Virus record (IMG/VR): IMGVR_UViG_3300003155_000137
Coordinates: 46,629-110,628 of that record
Origin: a virus
Lineage: Duplodnaviria; Heunggongvirae; Uroviricota; Caudoviricetes
DNA length: 64,000 nt
Direction: 5' to 3' (one strand)
The notes beneath the pieces were generated by a model. That model did not search any database and was not told where the DNA came from. It worked only from the letters and a program-made list of their open reading frames with translations. Below, piece by piece: positions 9,567 through 19,763 of this stretch (position 1 is the stretch's first letter; each line of letters begins with the position of its first letter). The position numbers and the translations under genes are program-made.

Positions 9567-10856
9567 TTGGCTACGGCTCTTGACAAGATAAAGGCCAAAT
9601 TGCAGGGCAGGTACGGCGATCTGTCGGTGATGACGCCGAGCGACATGGTGGACAAGGGTGTCGTCAGCTCCGGCTCACTCGCCATCGATTACATGGTCAG
9701 CTCCAAGCGCGGATTCGGAATACCGCGCAACATCGTCGTCGAGATCGGCGGCAAGCCCGGATGCGGAAAATCCACACTCGCCATGAACATCATCTCCAAC
9801 GTCCTCGACTTGGAGTTCGAGCGCGCCAAGATGTACGTCCGCCTTGAGAAGTCCGTGAAGACGGGCGCGGCGTCAGCCGACGACATGGAGCGGTTCAAGG
9901 CGGCTTGGGACAGGCAGTCGGACGACCTCCATGTATTCGACGACGACTCGACCAACATGCTGCTTGATGAGGTTGAACTGTCCGATTCGGAGATCGACCA
10001 CGCCATCGACGACGTCATGAGGAACGCGCTTTACTGCGATATCGAGGGCAGATTCGACCAGCATTGGGCCGCGAACTTCATCGACCACAGATGGCTTGAG
10101 CGCAAGTTGCTCGTGACGTGGCCCGACACCATCGAGAACGCGACGACGATGTATGTTGACGCGCTTCGCACCGGAACGTTCGCCGTCGCGGTCATTGACT
10201 CCATCGGCGGTGCCCCGACCGTCAAGACGTTCGACAAGGAGGCGGAGAAGGCGTCGGTCGGCGGCAACGCGGTGGGTGTGACGGCGTTCGCCAAGTATGC
10301 CCAGAACATGTCGAACAAGTTCACCTGCCTTACCATCGGACTCCAGCAGGTTCGCGCCGACATGGAGGGCTTCAGGCGCTACATCACTCCTGGTGGCGAG
10401 GGGTGGAAGCACGCATGCTCGTTGCGTATCGAGCTTCGTCGCTCGAACAAGGAGGTCGTCTACGACGATGACCCCGGCGCTCCCGAGACCCAGGTCGTAT
10501 GCGGTTTCAAGGTCCATGCTCGTCTTCACAAGAACTCGGTTGGTCTTTCCGGCAGGGAGGTCGCCCCGTGGTTCTACACCATGCCCTGCAAGTACGGAGA
10601 CCCCGGATTCGACAGGTTGCAGGACGTCGTGAATCTGGCGACGCTGTCCGGTGTGCTGGAGAAGGGGGCGTCTGGGACCTACCGCAGCGACATCCTCCCC
10701 GATGGAAGGATTCGCGGCTACGACCGACTCATCCAGTACCTCCGTGACAACGAGGACGTGTACAACTCGCTCCGTTCCCAGATGGAGGACAGGTTGCTTC
10801 ACGGTGGCGTGGAGGGGTACGTCTCGACGTTCGACGATTCCGAGCTCGATGATTAG
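9567..10856 (+). CDS. RecA/UvsX-like recombinase
   Basis: SGSLAIDYMV...GIPRNIVVEIGGKPGCGKSTLAMN matches the RecA N-terminal core and Walker A. Confidence 0.6.
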   Translation: MATALDKIKAKLQGRYGDLSVMTPSDMVDKGVVSSGSLAIDYMVSSKRGFGIPRNIVVEIGGKPGCGKSTLAMNIISNVLDLEFERAKMYVRLEKSVKTGAASADDMERFKAAWDRQSDDLHVFDDDSTNMLLDEVELSDSEIDHAIDDVMRNALYCDIEGRFDQHWAANFIDHRWLERKLLVTWPDTIENATTMYVDALRTGTFAVAVIDSIGGAPTVKTFDKEAEKASVGGNAVGVTAFAKYAQNMSNKFTCLTIGLQQVRADMEGFRRYITPGGEGWKHACSLRIELRRSNKEVVYDDDPGAPETQVVCGFKVHARLHKNSVGLSGREVAPWFYTMPCKYGDPGFDRLQDVVNLATLSGVLEKGASGTYRSDILPDGRIRGYDRLIQYLRDNEDVYNSLRSQMEDRLLHGGVEGYVSTFDDSELDD

Positions 10857-10927
10857 TAGACGGAATTTGTGTTTTTGCGGATGTTGAGCTATCGTTGTGG
10901 GTTGGACTATGTGAAGGGAGCGCGTGT

Positions 10928-11461
10928 ATGATTGATGGACCCGATTGGAGGAGAGCTGAACGGGAGATCAACGACGCGCTCTCCGTCGATGCCACGATAG
11001 CGTCCGGAAGCACACCGTTCGACAAGGGCGACGGAACGACGCGGACGCACCCGTCGGACGACAGCAGATTCCAGCTTCAGGTCGACGAGAAAAGCACGAG
11101 ACACCGCTCCTACGCCATCAACCTCGATTACATGGAGGAGTGCGTCCATCGTGCTGCGACCGAGGGGAAGGTCTTTCTTCTGCCGGTCAGGTTCCAGCCG
11201 GACATGGACACGGATACGGTGTATGACTACATCGTTCTGCGTCTTGAGGATTTCAGGTTCATGCTCGGATTCGACCAGCTCGCATCCTATCGCAGGAACG
11301 CGGAGGAATCGAGGGTCCGGAGGGAGCGCTTCCACAAGGCGGTGTCGAAGAGCCTGTCCGCGTTGGATTCCCTGTGTTCGGCCGACAACATCAAGCCGGA
11401 TCAGAAGAATGTCATATTCAAGGCGATCGATGCCATCGACGATGCCCTCGCGGAGTCGTGA
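10928..11461 (+). CDS. Hypothetical protein
   Basis: ORF with a likely start at MIDGPDW. Confidence 0.3.
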   Translation: MIDGPDWRRAEREINDALSVDATIASGSTPFDKGDGTTRTHPSDDSRFQLQVDEKSTRHRSYAINLDYMEECVHRAATEGKVFLLPVRFQPDMDTDTVYDYIVLRLEDFRFMLGFDQLASYRRNAEESRVRRERFHKAVSKSLSALDSLCSADNIKPDQKNVIFKAIDAIDDALAES

Positions 11462-11467
11462 TGCCCA

Positions 11468-12040
11468 ATGTCCAATCCGCCGTCCAGCTCGTTGGAGCTT
11501 GTATCGAGCGTCGCCAGACGCAGGAGTCTTTCGCCATCTGAGGACACCTGTATAATCTGCGACCTCCCTACGAGGGACAGGCGCGACATCGAGGAGATGA
11601 TGGCGTGCGGCGTGTCGGAGGGAACCGTCGAAAGGGCCGTCGCCGCGAAGACCGGCGTCACATTGGACGCCAAGACCATATCGCAGCATCTTGAGCATCT
11701 GCCGGCCAGATACTTCACCTATCGGGAGATTTTGCAGGAGGCGGCGAAGGAGAGCGGCGTCTCGCTCGACTCATCGGATTCGGTGACTCCCATGGGCTAT
11801 CTCAAGTCCGTGCTGAGCGACGCCATGCACACACTCGTAACGAATCCGAACACCACCAATCAGGCGACCGGCATCATGGCGGCAAAGACCCTGATGGATG
11901 CCGAGGCGAACCGCGAGGCCAACCAGGACGTCGTCAGGTGGGTGTCCGCGTTCAGGTCGCTTCTGGACGCCGTCAAGGTGGTGTGCACCCCGGACCAGCT
12001 GCGCCGCATTACAGAGATGACGAAGGATGGCTTGCAATGA
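11468..12040 (+). CDS. Hypothetical protein
   Basis: ORF whose stop overlaps the next start (ATGA). Confidence 0.3.
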   Translation: MSNPPSSSLELVSSVARRRSLSPSEDTCIICDLPTRDRRDIEEMMACGVSEGTVERAVAAKTGVTLDAKTISQHLEHLPARYFTYREILQEAAKESGVSLDSSDSVTPMGYLKSVLSDAMHTLVTNPNTTNQATGIMAAKTLMDAEANREANQDVVRWVSAFRSLLDAVKVVCTPDQLRRITEMTKDGLQ

Positions 12041-12321
12041 ACTCAGCCAGGTTGAGATATGCCGAATTTCTGGAGGACGGCGGCGTGACGCCATGCCAAC
12101 TGATGCCATCCTCGGCGTTCATGCACAGGATCAGACCCCACATGCCACTTGACGAGGTCAATGATTCGCTTGCCGCGGCCGATGCATGCGCCGCGTGTCC
12201 GGTCAGGGGCATATGCGAGGAGATGGGCAGGGATGAGCCGTTCGGCGTGTGGGGCGGCATATCGCGGAGCGACAGGACGTTCAGGAGAAACCTCATTGAG
12301 GACGACATGCCGGCCTCATAG
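12037..12321 (+). CDS. whiB: WhiB-family Fe-S transcription factor
   Basis: Four Cys (C...C-x2-C-x5-C) and a GVWGG turn: ACAACPVRGICEEMGRDEPFGVWGGISRSDR. Confidence 0.7.
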   Translation: MNSARLRYAEFLEDGGVTPCQLMPSSAFMHRIRPHMPLDEVNDSLAAADACAACPVRGICEEMGRDEPFGVWGGISRSDRTFRRNLIEDDMPAS

Positions 12322-12364
12322 CCCGTTGGTGGCGTATGCGGATGTCGGAGTCGAAGGTTCCGTC

Positions 12365-13228
12365 ATGATACCGTCCCACGTCATCGCACGGCATTGGGCC
12401 ACGGTGATGAATCCACTCGGTATCGGCGTCTCCGTGGATGCCATGACGGAAGCCCCAATCGAAGATGTCTCCGTCGTCATGATGCGCGTTCCGTCCGGAT
12501 CGTTCGATGGCGGTGCAGTGGCCCGAGTGTCCGAACGATATCATGGGACGCCGTTGGTCTGCATCGTTGATTCATCCGTGGTGCTGGGCGACCTCCCCGA
12601 CCTCGCTTCGTTGCCGGACGGCTCATCGATCATCTCATGCGGCCCGGTGATGGCGGCCCGCGACTCGGTAAGGGTTGTGGACATGGGTGCGGCCATAGCC
12701 TCATACGTGTTTCCGTCAGGACGCAACCCGACAAAGAGGGTGAGGAAGCCGAACGGCATATCGGTGGTGGACCTTCTCGGCCAGATGACGCAGGACTTCG
12801 CCGAACGTCTTTCCGAATGGAGTCCCCTGTTCGACATCACCGTGTTCTCGCGGTCCGGGCTGTCGATACCTGGATGCACGACGGTATCGTCGGTCGACGG
12901 CGACGAGATGCCGCTGGACATGTACTTCATCCCGGTGCCGTCGTATCTCGGTAGGCCGTCGTTGGCCGATGTCATCTGCGGCACGAGGTGCGCGTCCACC
13001 ATGATGACGCCACCCTATCTGGATTTTTCATATGGCGTCAGGGTGTCGGGGGCGTTCGACGTCATGGATGCGATGGAGCGTGATGATGGTCGGGCGCGCT
13101 CGATCCAGCACATGGCGGCGTCTAATCTCAGGTCGTCGTCCGCTTCGAGGTTCAGGAGGGAGCTCATGAACTCGGTCGGGTTCGCGATATCGGAGACACG
13201 CCGCGTCGACCCGATTACCGGCTGGTGA
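12365..13228 (+). CDS. Hypothetical protein
   Basis: The upstream part of the 12149 ORF overlaps whiB and was discarded. The first ATG after the whiB stop is used. Confidence 0.3.
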   Translation: MIPSHVIARHWATVMNPLGIGVSVDAMTEAPIEDVSVVMMRVPSGSFDGGAVARVSERYHGTPLVCIVDSSVVLGDLPDLASLPDGSSIISCGPVMAARDSVRVVDMGAAIASYVFPSGRNPTKRVRKPNGISVVDLLGQMTQDFAERLSEWSPLFDITVFSRSGLSIPGCTTVSSVDGDEMPLDMYFIPVPSYLGRPSLADVICGTRCASTMMTPPYLDFSYGVRVSGAFDVMDAMERDDGRARSIQHMAASNLRSSSASRFRRELMNSVGFAISETRRVDPITGW

Positions 13229-13239
13229 GGTGATGGTGT

Positions 13240-14037
13240 ATGGTGAGAACCATGCATGTCAATGTTCCGGAGTGGATGAATCAGGAAAGCCTTAGGCACG
13301 TCTATCTGAGCGATGACAAGGCCAGACTCGTGTATGCGGAGTACCCCGAGGCCAAGGGGAGGGGCTGGTGCCCATCGTGCGATGGCGGTGACGACGATTG
13401 CGACCACGAGCTTCAGAGGCAGCTTTTCAAGCACTTCGCCGCCGCCGGGATAGGGCAGACGTACATGCGTATCGGGTGGGACGACTACGACGCCGCTGAT
13501 GACGTCGCGGACATGTGCTCGTCGTACCTGTCGGATGTCAGGTCGTATATGGGCAATGGCATAGGAATGTGTCTGCTGGGCTCCAACGGCATCGGAAAGA
13601 CCACGGCCGTGTCGCTGATGTGCAAGTCCCTTGTGGTTGCCGGGTACTCGGTGTTCTTCACGACGTACCAGAAGCTGGTGTCGATGCTTGGCGATACGTT
13701 CTACGATGCGGAGGCCAAGAAGGTCTACAACGACCTGATACTCAGGTCCTCGTTCCTGGCCATCGACGACATAGGCAAGGAGTTCTCGAACAGGCTCACG
13801 CAGAACGCCATCGACAACGTACTCAGGGAGCGCGTACAGGCTTCGCGTCCGACGTTCATCACGTCGAACATGACCAAGAGGGAGATGTTCCACGAATACG
13901 GCAGGGCGTCGTTCTCGCTCATAGTCGAGGGGTCGGTGATATTCGAGATGGACGGGACGTCGGACGTGAGGTCCATCGTCAGGGACAAACGGCTTGACAT
14001 GGCCAGAAGCGGTATCGTGCCGAAGATTTCACTGTGA
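13240..14037 (+). CDS. DnaC/IstB-like AAA+ helicase loader
   Basis: Walker A GSNGIGKTT, Walker B FLAIDDIG, and an N-terminal Cys cluster. Confidence 0.55.
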   Translation: MVRTMHVNVPEWMNQESLRHVYLSDDKARLVYAEYPEAKGRGWCPSCDGGDDDCDHELQRQLFKHFAAAGIGQTYMRIGWDDYDAADDVADMCSSYLSDVRSYMGNGIGMCLLGSNGIGKTTAVSLMCKSLVVAGYSVFFTTYQKLVSMLGDTFYDAEAKKVYNDLILRSSFLAIDDIGKEFSNRLTQNAIDNVLRERVQASRPTFITSNMTKREMFHEYGRASFSLIVEGSVIFEMDGTSDVRSIVRDKRLDMARSGIVPKISL

Positions 14038-15323
14038 CACTGGACGGAAAGGGGTGGACATTGAGACAGTCAGACCTTGAGGGCAAGGCCGTCGCCCTGC
14101 TCACCGATGTGGATTCGCTGTCGAAGCTCTATTCCCTGGGTCTGAGGGGTGTGCACTTCCAGCGCCTCGAAACCAAGGAGGCATTCGAGTTCGCAGTCGA
14201 CTATTGGCGGCAGTCCGGATTCAGGGCGGCACCGACGGTGGAGGCCATCGAGTCGAAGGTCAAGAGCATCGTCGTCGGTGAGCCGGACGAATCGGCGGCA
14301 TACGTCGCGCAGGAGATGAAGAGGGCGTACACGTCCCGTCTGGCCTCTTCGGCCATACTGGATGCGACGGACACCATGAAGGACGACCCCGTCGGTACGG
14401 TGCAACGGCTGTCCGATACGCTGTGGGGCATCAAGAGGAGGACGCGGGAGCGCCGCAACCAGTCGAACATGATCGACTCCATAGACGACCGCCGCAGAAG
14501 ATACGCCGAAAGGGCGAAGGCGGCCGAGGACGGAGTCATAGGAGAATCGCTCGGATTCGATGAGGTGGACGACCTGACGGGTGGAATCAGACCGGGCGAG
14601 CTCGTTACGTTGGTCGCAGGGCCGAAGGTCGGCAAGACCTGGATGATGCTTCAGGTGGCGAGGAAATGCATCGAAAGGGGTCACACATGCATTGTCTTCA
14701 CGCTTGAGATGGATGTCCCGCAGATCGAGGACAGGTTCGACGCCGTGCTGTCAGGGGTGTCCTACGCCCGCCTTGACGGTGGAAAGCTGTCGACCAAGGA
14801 GATGCGGACGTTGATGGACACGCAGGAGCGTGAATCGGAGCTTGGCTCCATCAGGTTCATCAAGTTGGAGATCGGTGAGAGGACCGTCGAGAACATGGTG
14901 AGGATAGCCAAGGACGAGCGGGCCGACCTCGTCATCATAGATCAGTTGAGCTTCATCGAGACGGCGAAGCAGTACGTCTCAAGGGCGGATCAGGTGTCCA
15001 ACATCATCCTTGAACTCAAGGCGTCCATATCGCAGGACGAAGACGACATGATTCCGGTGCTGCTTCTTGCCCAGTTCAATCGCGCAGGAGCGTCGGCCGG
15101 CGACAAGGCGGACATCAGCTCGATCGGTCTGTCGTCAGAGGTGGAGAGAACGTCGGATGCCCTGATATCCTTGTCCCAGACGGACGAGGAGCGCGCCAAC
15201 AACGTCCTCAAGATGATAATCCTCGCATCGCGCCGTTACGACCTCGGAAGGTTCCTCATCCACAGGGAGCTGGTCGACAGGACGGACATCTCGATGGTTC
15301 GCAGACTGGACGGCGACGAATGA
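14034..15323 (+). CDS. dnaB: DnaB-family replicative helicase
   Basis: Walker A GPKVGKTW, Walker B LVIIDQLSF, and a RecA-like C-terminal domain. Confidence 0.7.
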   Translation: MTLDGKGWTLRQSDLEGKAVALLTDVDSLSKLYSLGLRGVHFQRLETKEAFEFAVDYWRQSGFRAAPTVEAIESKVKSIVVGEPDESAAYVAQEMKRAYTSRLASSAILDATDTMKDDPVGTVQRLSDTLWGIKRRTRERRNQSNMIDSIDDRRRRYAERAKAAEDGVIGESLGFDEVDDLTGGIRPGELVTLVAGPKVGKTWMMLQVARKCIERGHTCIVFTLEMDVPQIEDRFDAVLSGVSYARLDGGKLSTKEMRTLMDTQERESELGSIRFIKLEIGERTVENMVRIAKDERADLVIIDQLSFIETAKQYVSRADQVSNIILELKASISQDEDDMIPVLLLAQFNRAGASAGDKADISSIGLSSEVERTSDALISLSQTDEERANNVLKMIILASRRYDLGRFLIHRELVDRTDISMVRRLDGDE

Positions 15324-15496
15324 CGCCGACCACCGCCGTTCAGCTCATCAGGAAGTACAGGCCCGATTCCAGCATCAGGCAGATGGGGAAGGGCGGTGCG
15401 TGTCTGGCATACGGTCCTGTTTTGTCAGACACGTTACACTGTTGTCTTGTTGAGGGGTATAATCGTGTTCATGAAATGTATGAAGTGCGGAGCTGA
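15320..15496 (+). pseudogene. Duplicated remnant of the primase 5' end (MTPTTAVQLIRKYRPDSSIRQMG...) that then diverges
   Basis: The ATG overlaps the dnaB stop (ATGA). The first ~22 codons parallel the start of the primase copy at 16403. Confidence 0.35.
15434..15463 (+). promoter_or_regulatory. Candidate promoter for the homing endonuclease: perfect TATAAT at 15458-15463, with TTACAC 18 nt upstream
   Basis: An AT-rich TATAAT hexamer in a GC-rich genome, immediately 5' of the ATG at 15471. Confidence 0.3.
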
Positions 15497-16406
15497 GGTT
15501 TTAGCCGGAGATGCGGTTGCGCATGCAAAGTCTCATGGGATTGCGGTCTGTTGTTTCTGCGGAAGACCGTCAAAGAACTCAAGTGGAGGTTCCCTCCACG
15601 TAAGGCTTTCACATGTATTGTCTGACAAGGAGCGCTCTGAACGCATGCTTCCGACAAGAACCGAAACTGCGAAACGCAAGAAGTCGGAATCGCTAAAGAA
15701 ATCTTGGAGCAATCCGGAAGTTTATAGGAGGCGGTGCGAATCGCAGAATCGACCAGAGACGAGCAGGAAAAAGTCAGAAGCCAACAAGATAAGCCACAAC
15801 ACAAAAGAGTTTAAAGAACGCCAACACAATGCTTTGGTTGAGGCGTTTGCACGCCCAGAAGTTAAAAAGCATATGTCCGAAAGGCAACAGTGCAAGATTG
15901 GTACGCCGGCTTACCTAAAGCGTCAAAGGACACTGAACTCTGAAGAGTACAGGGAAAGGTGCTCGCAGAGATTGAAGAATCGGTGGCTGTTATATAGCGA
16001 CTCCAGAAAATACGAATCTGTTCAGGGCATGATTGAAGCTGGCGGTAGTGGACACAAGCGCACCATTCGGAACAAGAGGGGCTCCTCTGTCAAGTGTGAT
16101 TCCGATATGGAGTATGAGTATTGCAAGTTGCTTATGGCTGACGACGATGTCGTTGACTTTGATAGGTTTGCTGGTGTCATCCACCTGATAGGGATGGATC
16201 GGGTCTATATTCCAGATTTTGTTGTTAATCGACGAAGCGGAGTCAGGGAACTTATAGAGGTTAAGTCAAGCTGGACAGCGAAGTTCCCTACGTTTCCATT
16301 CAAAGTCGAGGCGGCAATCGCTTGGTGCGAAGAGCACTCAATGACTTACAAGATTGTTCGAGAGTCAGATATGTGTGAGTACGAAAGGAGGTTGTTGAGC
16401 CAGTGA
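15471..16406 (+). CDS. Free-standing homing endonuclease (C2H2-like zinc fingers + NUMOD-like repeats + PD-(D/E)xK nuclease), copy 2
   Basis: MKCMKCGAEV start; repeated x-K-K-S-W-x-x-P-E motifs; C-terminal YIPDFVV...IEVK. Confidence 0.6.
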   Translation: MKCMKCGAEVLAGDAVAHAKSHGIAVCCFCGRPSKNSSGGSLHVRLSHVLSDKERSERMLPTRTETAKRKKSESLKKSWSNPEVYRRRCESQNRPETSRKKSEANKISHNTKEFKERQHNALVEAFARPEVKKHMSERQQCKIGTPAYLKRQRTLNSEEYRERCSQRLKNRWLLYSDSRKYESVQGMIEAGGSGHKRTIRNKRGSSVKCDSDMEYEYCKLLMADDDVVDFDRFAGVIHLIGMDRVYIPDFVVNRRSGVRELIEVKSSWTAKFPTFPFKVEAAIAWCEEHSMTYKIVRESDMCEYERRLLSQ

Positions 16407-17377
16407 GTCCCACGACAGCGTTGCAATTGGTCAGGAAGTATCGCCCTGAATCGAAGGTTCGCCAGATGGGCGACTGGCTTTAGCAACTCACGCATTCCTG
16501 CATCATCGACCGCGTCCACCCTCATCATGCACACGGTGATGCGAACGGCTCGGCGGGAATCAACGTGGAGACCGGGGCCTACCACTGCTTCGTATGGTCG
16601 GACCGCAGCATCCCGTTCAAGGACCTCTGTCGGCTTCTCGGAGGCGATTACGAGTTCATGCCGCAGGGCTCCGAGGTTCCGGAGGATTCCGACCTGAGAG
16701 CCGAGGTGGAGCGACGCCTCCATGCCGACGAACGGACTCCGGGTCCGTACAACCTTGGCGCATACGACCCCGATCCGCCCGAGTACATGCATTCGGGCCG
16801 CCATCTATCGTGGGAGGTGCTGAGGAGGGCCGGCATCATGTATGACCAGATAACGGACCGTGTCCTCATACCGATATGGCAGGCGTCCATCGATGGCGAC
16901 AGGAGGCTCGTGGGACTCCAGCGCAGGGTGATTCCCGGCTCAAGCTCGGAGCGCCGTTATCCCAAGTACGACAACTCGAACGACATGAGGAAATCGGAGG
17001 TGCTCTACGCAATAGAGCCTCTGGACCTGCACAGGCCGCTTCTGGTGGTCGAGTCGGTGATGTCGGTTCTCAGGGCGTGGGATTACGGGTTCAGGAACTG
17101 CGTCGCGGCTATGGGGAGCCACCTGTCCAGGGCGCAACTTGATTTCATCAGGATGTTCGACGACGTAGTCCTGTGGTTCGACGGGGACGAGTCCGGAATA
17201 CGCGGAACCGCCGACGCCATACGCAAGCTCGTGGGGGTCAACCTGCTCATCGTATGCCCGAAGGACTCCCGCGACATAGACGACCTTCCGAAGCGGACGT
17301 CGATGAGGCTCATGGCTTCGGCCGTGACCCCGGTCGAATGGCTGGCGGGACATTCCGACAATCAAGTCCGAGGCTAA
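16403..17377 (+). CDS. dnaG: DnaG-like primase (N-terminal peptide, degenerate zinc-binding region and TOPRIM) with an in-frame TAG at 16481-16483
   Basis: The GTG overlaps the HEG stop (GTGA). The zinc-binding region is CIIDRVHPHH...YHCF and the TOPRIM motifs are VVES...FDGDESG. In the same frame the reading runs ...VRQMGDWL*QLTHSC... Confidence 0.5.
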
Positions 17378-17427
17378 GCGTATCATTGTTTCCATAATCA
17401 GCAAAATAATGAAAGGAATCATGGGAC

Positions 17428-18459
17428 ATGGCCGACACGACGACACTTGGGGAGCTCATCACGTTCATGCGTTCGTCTTGCAGGACGGTAAGGCTCAGGG
17501 ATGACGAGTTCAGGTTCAATCCGAAGACCGGCGAACTCGAATACGACCTTGGCGACGGCATCGTGACCGTTCGCATGACGGCCGAGGCCATCAAGGGCGT
17601 GTGCTCGATCTTCAAGGCTCCCGGCGCATGGATCGCCAAGCAGCGCCCCGACATCATCGGATATCTCCTTGACGACATGATTGTGCACTACAGGGGCGAG
17701 GACCTGGAAATCGCCTTCGAGCTTGTCACCGACGACAACGACCCGTCAGTCATCGTCGCGTCGAACGCCTACGACACCTCGAAGCGGTGGGGCATCACCG
17801 ACACCTTGGAAGAGGTGTCCGAGTCGGTCCCGAAGGACTGGGTCGTCATCCAGCCCGACGTCGCCAATGACCATGTGTCGCTCTACGTCTACGATCCGAA
17901 GCGCGAGGAGGAACAGCCCGACGCCGAACATTCGTTCGCCATCGGAACGCACATCTCCTACAAGCTGGAGAAGGGCAAGGCCATCACGGTCAACACGGCG
18001 CTTATCAACACGGTCGATGAGACTGCGGTGGACCTGTCGTTCGACGGAACCGGCCGTGTCGGAGCCGACAACACCAAGGCCGGAATCTCCGAGGTAATCA
18101 GGGTTCGCATGGGTGAGTCCGACGATCAGATGGCCAAGCTCTACGAGACCAGGGATAACGTCATCGACGACGTCGAGCACATGATCGACTCCTACTCGAA
18201 GCAGTGCGGACTCGGTGTCCGTCTCGTCGAGCGTGTGAAGACCGACGTCGTCGGCGCGAGCGGACTGACGGCCCTTGAGCTGGCCGACCTCATCTCCAGA
18301 AGCGAGATGGGCGTGAAGTCCGAGTCCGACGCCGCCAAGATCGCGTTGCTCGCCGGATGCGCCTTCATGGCGCACGACCCGCACCGTTGCCCCCGTTGCC
18401 ATCAGGAGGTCGATGACGAGACTGCGGTCGACACCGGAGCGCTGAATGAAGTCGGCTGA
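17428..18459 (+). CDS. Hypothetical acidic protein
   Basis: 343-aa ORF preceded by an AT-rich region with CATAAT. Confidence 0.3.
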   Translation: MADTTTLGELITFMRSSCRTVRLRDDEFRFNPKTGELEYDLGDGIVTVRMTAEAIKGVCSIFKAPGAWIAKQRPDIIGYLLDDMIVHYRGEDLEIAFELVTDDNDPSVIVASNAYDTSKRWGITDTLEEVSESVPKDWVVIQPDVANDHVSLYVYDPKREEEQPDAEHSFAIGTHISYKLEKGKAITVNTALINTVDETAVDLSFDGTGRVGADNTKAGISEVIRVRMGESDDQMAKLYETRDNVIDDVEHMIDSYSKQCGLGVRLVERVKTDVVGASGLTALELADLISRSEMGVKSESDAAKIALLAGCAFMAHDPHRCPRCHQEVDDETAVDTGALNEVG

Positions 18460-19006
18460 CCTCAGGAGGACGCTGGAGCTTCTGGCGGTCGACGAATCGG
18501 CATCACCGACCGAGCGCGAACACGCCAGAAGACTCCTCGACCGTATGTACTCCGACCTTGAGATCACTCCTGACGATGATGAGGTGGGCGAGGAGAGCGT
18601 CGAGTTCACCGGAAACGACTGGGTAATAGGACAGAAGGCGGCCCGCGTGTCGACCGGCATATCCGGGTTGCCTGTGGTCCTGTATCACGACGATCCGGGA
18701 TACCTCCTGATAGGCGATCGAAACGCCGTATCTGCGGTGGCCCAGACAATCTCCGACATCCAGTCGACCGAGAGGGATGAGTGGGACGACCGCATGCGGG
18801 TCGCGTGGATGGCCCAGTGCATGCTGTTGATGTATTCGGATATGCCGAACACCCTTGTGGCCGGCAGGGACGCGATGGAACGCATCCACGGGTATCTCAG
18901 GGAGCATGGTCTTTCCGACGCCCCGGTTCATCCGAGGGTGTCGAAGGATTATAAGCGCCATGAGGCAAAGGCGTTGCGACTTGCCGACACGCACTACTTT
19001 ACATAA
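18446..19006 (+). CDS. Hypothetical protein
   Basis: ORF. Confidence 0.3.
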   Translation: MKSADLRRTLELLAVDESASPTEREHARRLLDRMYSDLEITPDDDEVGEESVEFTGNDWVIGQKAARVSTGISGLPVVLYHDDPGYLLIGDRNAVSAVAQTISDIQSTERDEWDDRMRVAWMAQCMLLMYSDMPNTLVAGRDAMERIHGYLREHGLSDAPVHPRVSKDYKRHEAKALRLADTHYFT

Positions 19007-19069
19007 TCGGGTAAATGCGCTATTATTTATAAGTGTAAACCGGAAACGTCAATCGGACAGGAGGACATC

Positions 19070-19759
19070 ATGAGCAAGGGAATCATCACCACCGACGGAA
19101 CCGGCCGCAGGGTCGTTCTCGCCGACAAGAAGAACGAGGAGCGGGCGAACAAGCTGAGCAAGTCGGAAATCGCCCTCGAAGTCGCCACCGCGATGGATTC
19201 GATGCGCGCCGTCGACCACATCGTCGACTCCCTCCCGAGGATGAAGGCGGTGGATTCCGAGTCGGCCCACACCATTCTTTCCGCCTACGCCGACGTTCGC
19301 AATGCCGCCGCCGACATGGTGGCGTACCGTGACCGCATCAAGTCGGTGGCCAAGTCCTGGCTTGAGGCCCACCCCGATGTCAAGGAGATCGAGGATCGCA
19401 TCACGCTGACGAGGTTCACGCTCTCCGCGCCGTCCGAGGAGGTGTCCTACGACGAGCAGGACATCAAGTCCGAGCGCCCCGACGTGTGGAAGCGCGTCGC
19501 CAAGCGTTTCGGCCAGCGCCTGACCAAGAAGGAGCGCACCGAGATCGAGAGTCAGGTCGCCGACCTGAAGTCCCAGATCGCCGCGCTCAACGCCCGGCTT
19601 GTCGAGGACGATGCGGCCCGGACCGAGCACTTCGACCCTGCGCTCTTCGACTCGATGATCGATGCCGACCCGTCGCTTGCCAGGTACCGTCATGTGTCCG
19701 AGAAGCCCCGCCGCTTCTACTACAAGGAGAGCGACGACGCCAAGGACTTCGCCGACTGA
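19070..19759 (+). CDS. Hypothetical coiled-coil protein
   Basis: ORF preceded by an AT-rich region and the RBS AGGAGG. Confidence 0.3.
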   Translation: MSKGIITTDGTGRRVVLADKKNEERANKLSKSEIALEVATAMDSMRAVDHIVDSLPRMKAVDSESAHTILSAYADVRNAAADMVAYRDRIKSVAKSWLEAHPDVKEIEDRITLTRFTLSAPSEEVSYDEQDIKSERPDVWKRVAKRFGQRLTKKERTEIESQVADLKSQIAALNARLVEDDAARTEHFDPALFDSMIDADPSLARYRHVSEKPRRFYYKESDDAKDFAD

Positions 19760-19763
19760 CCGG

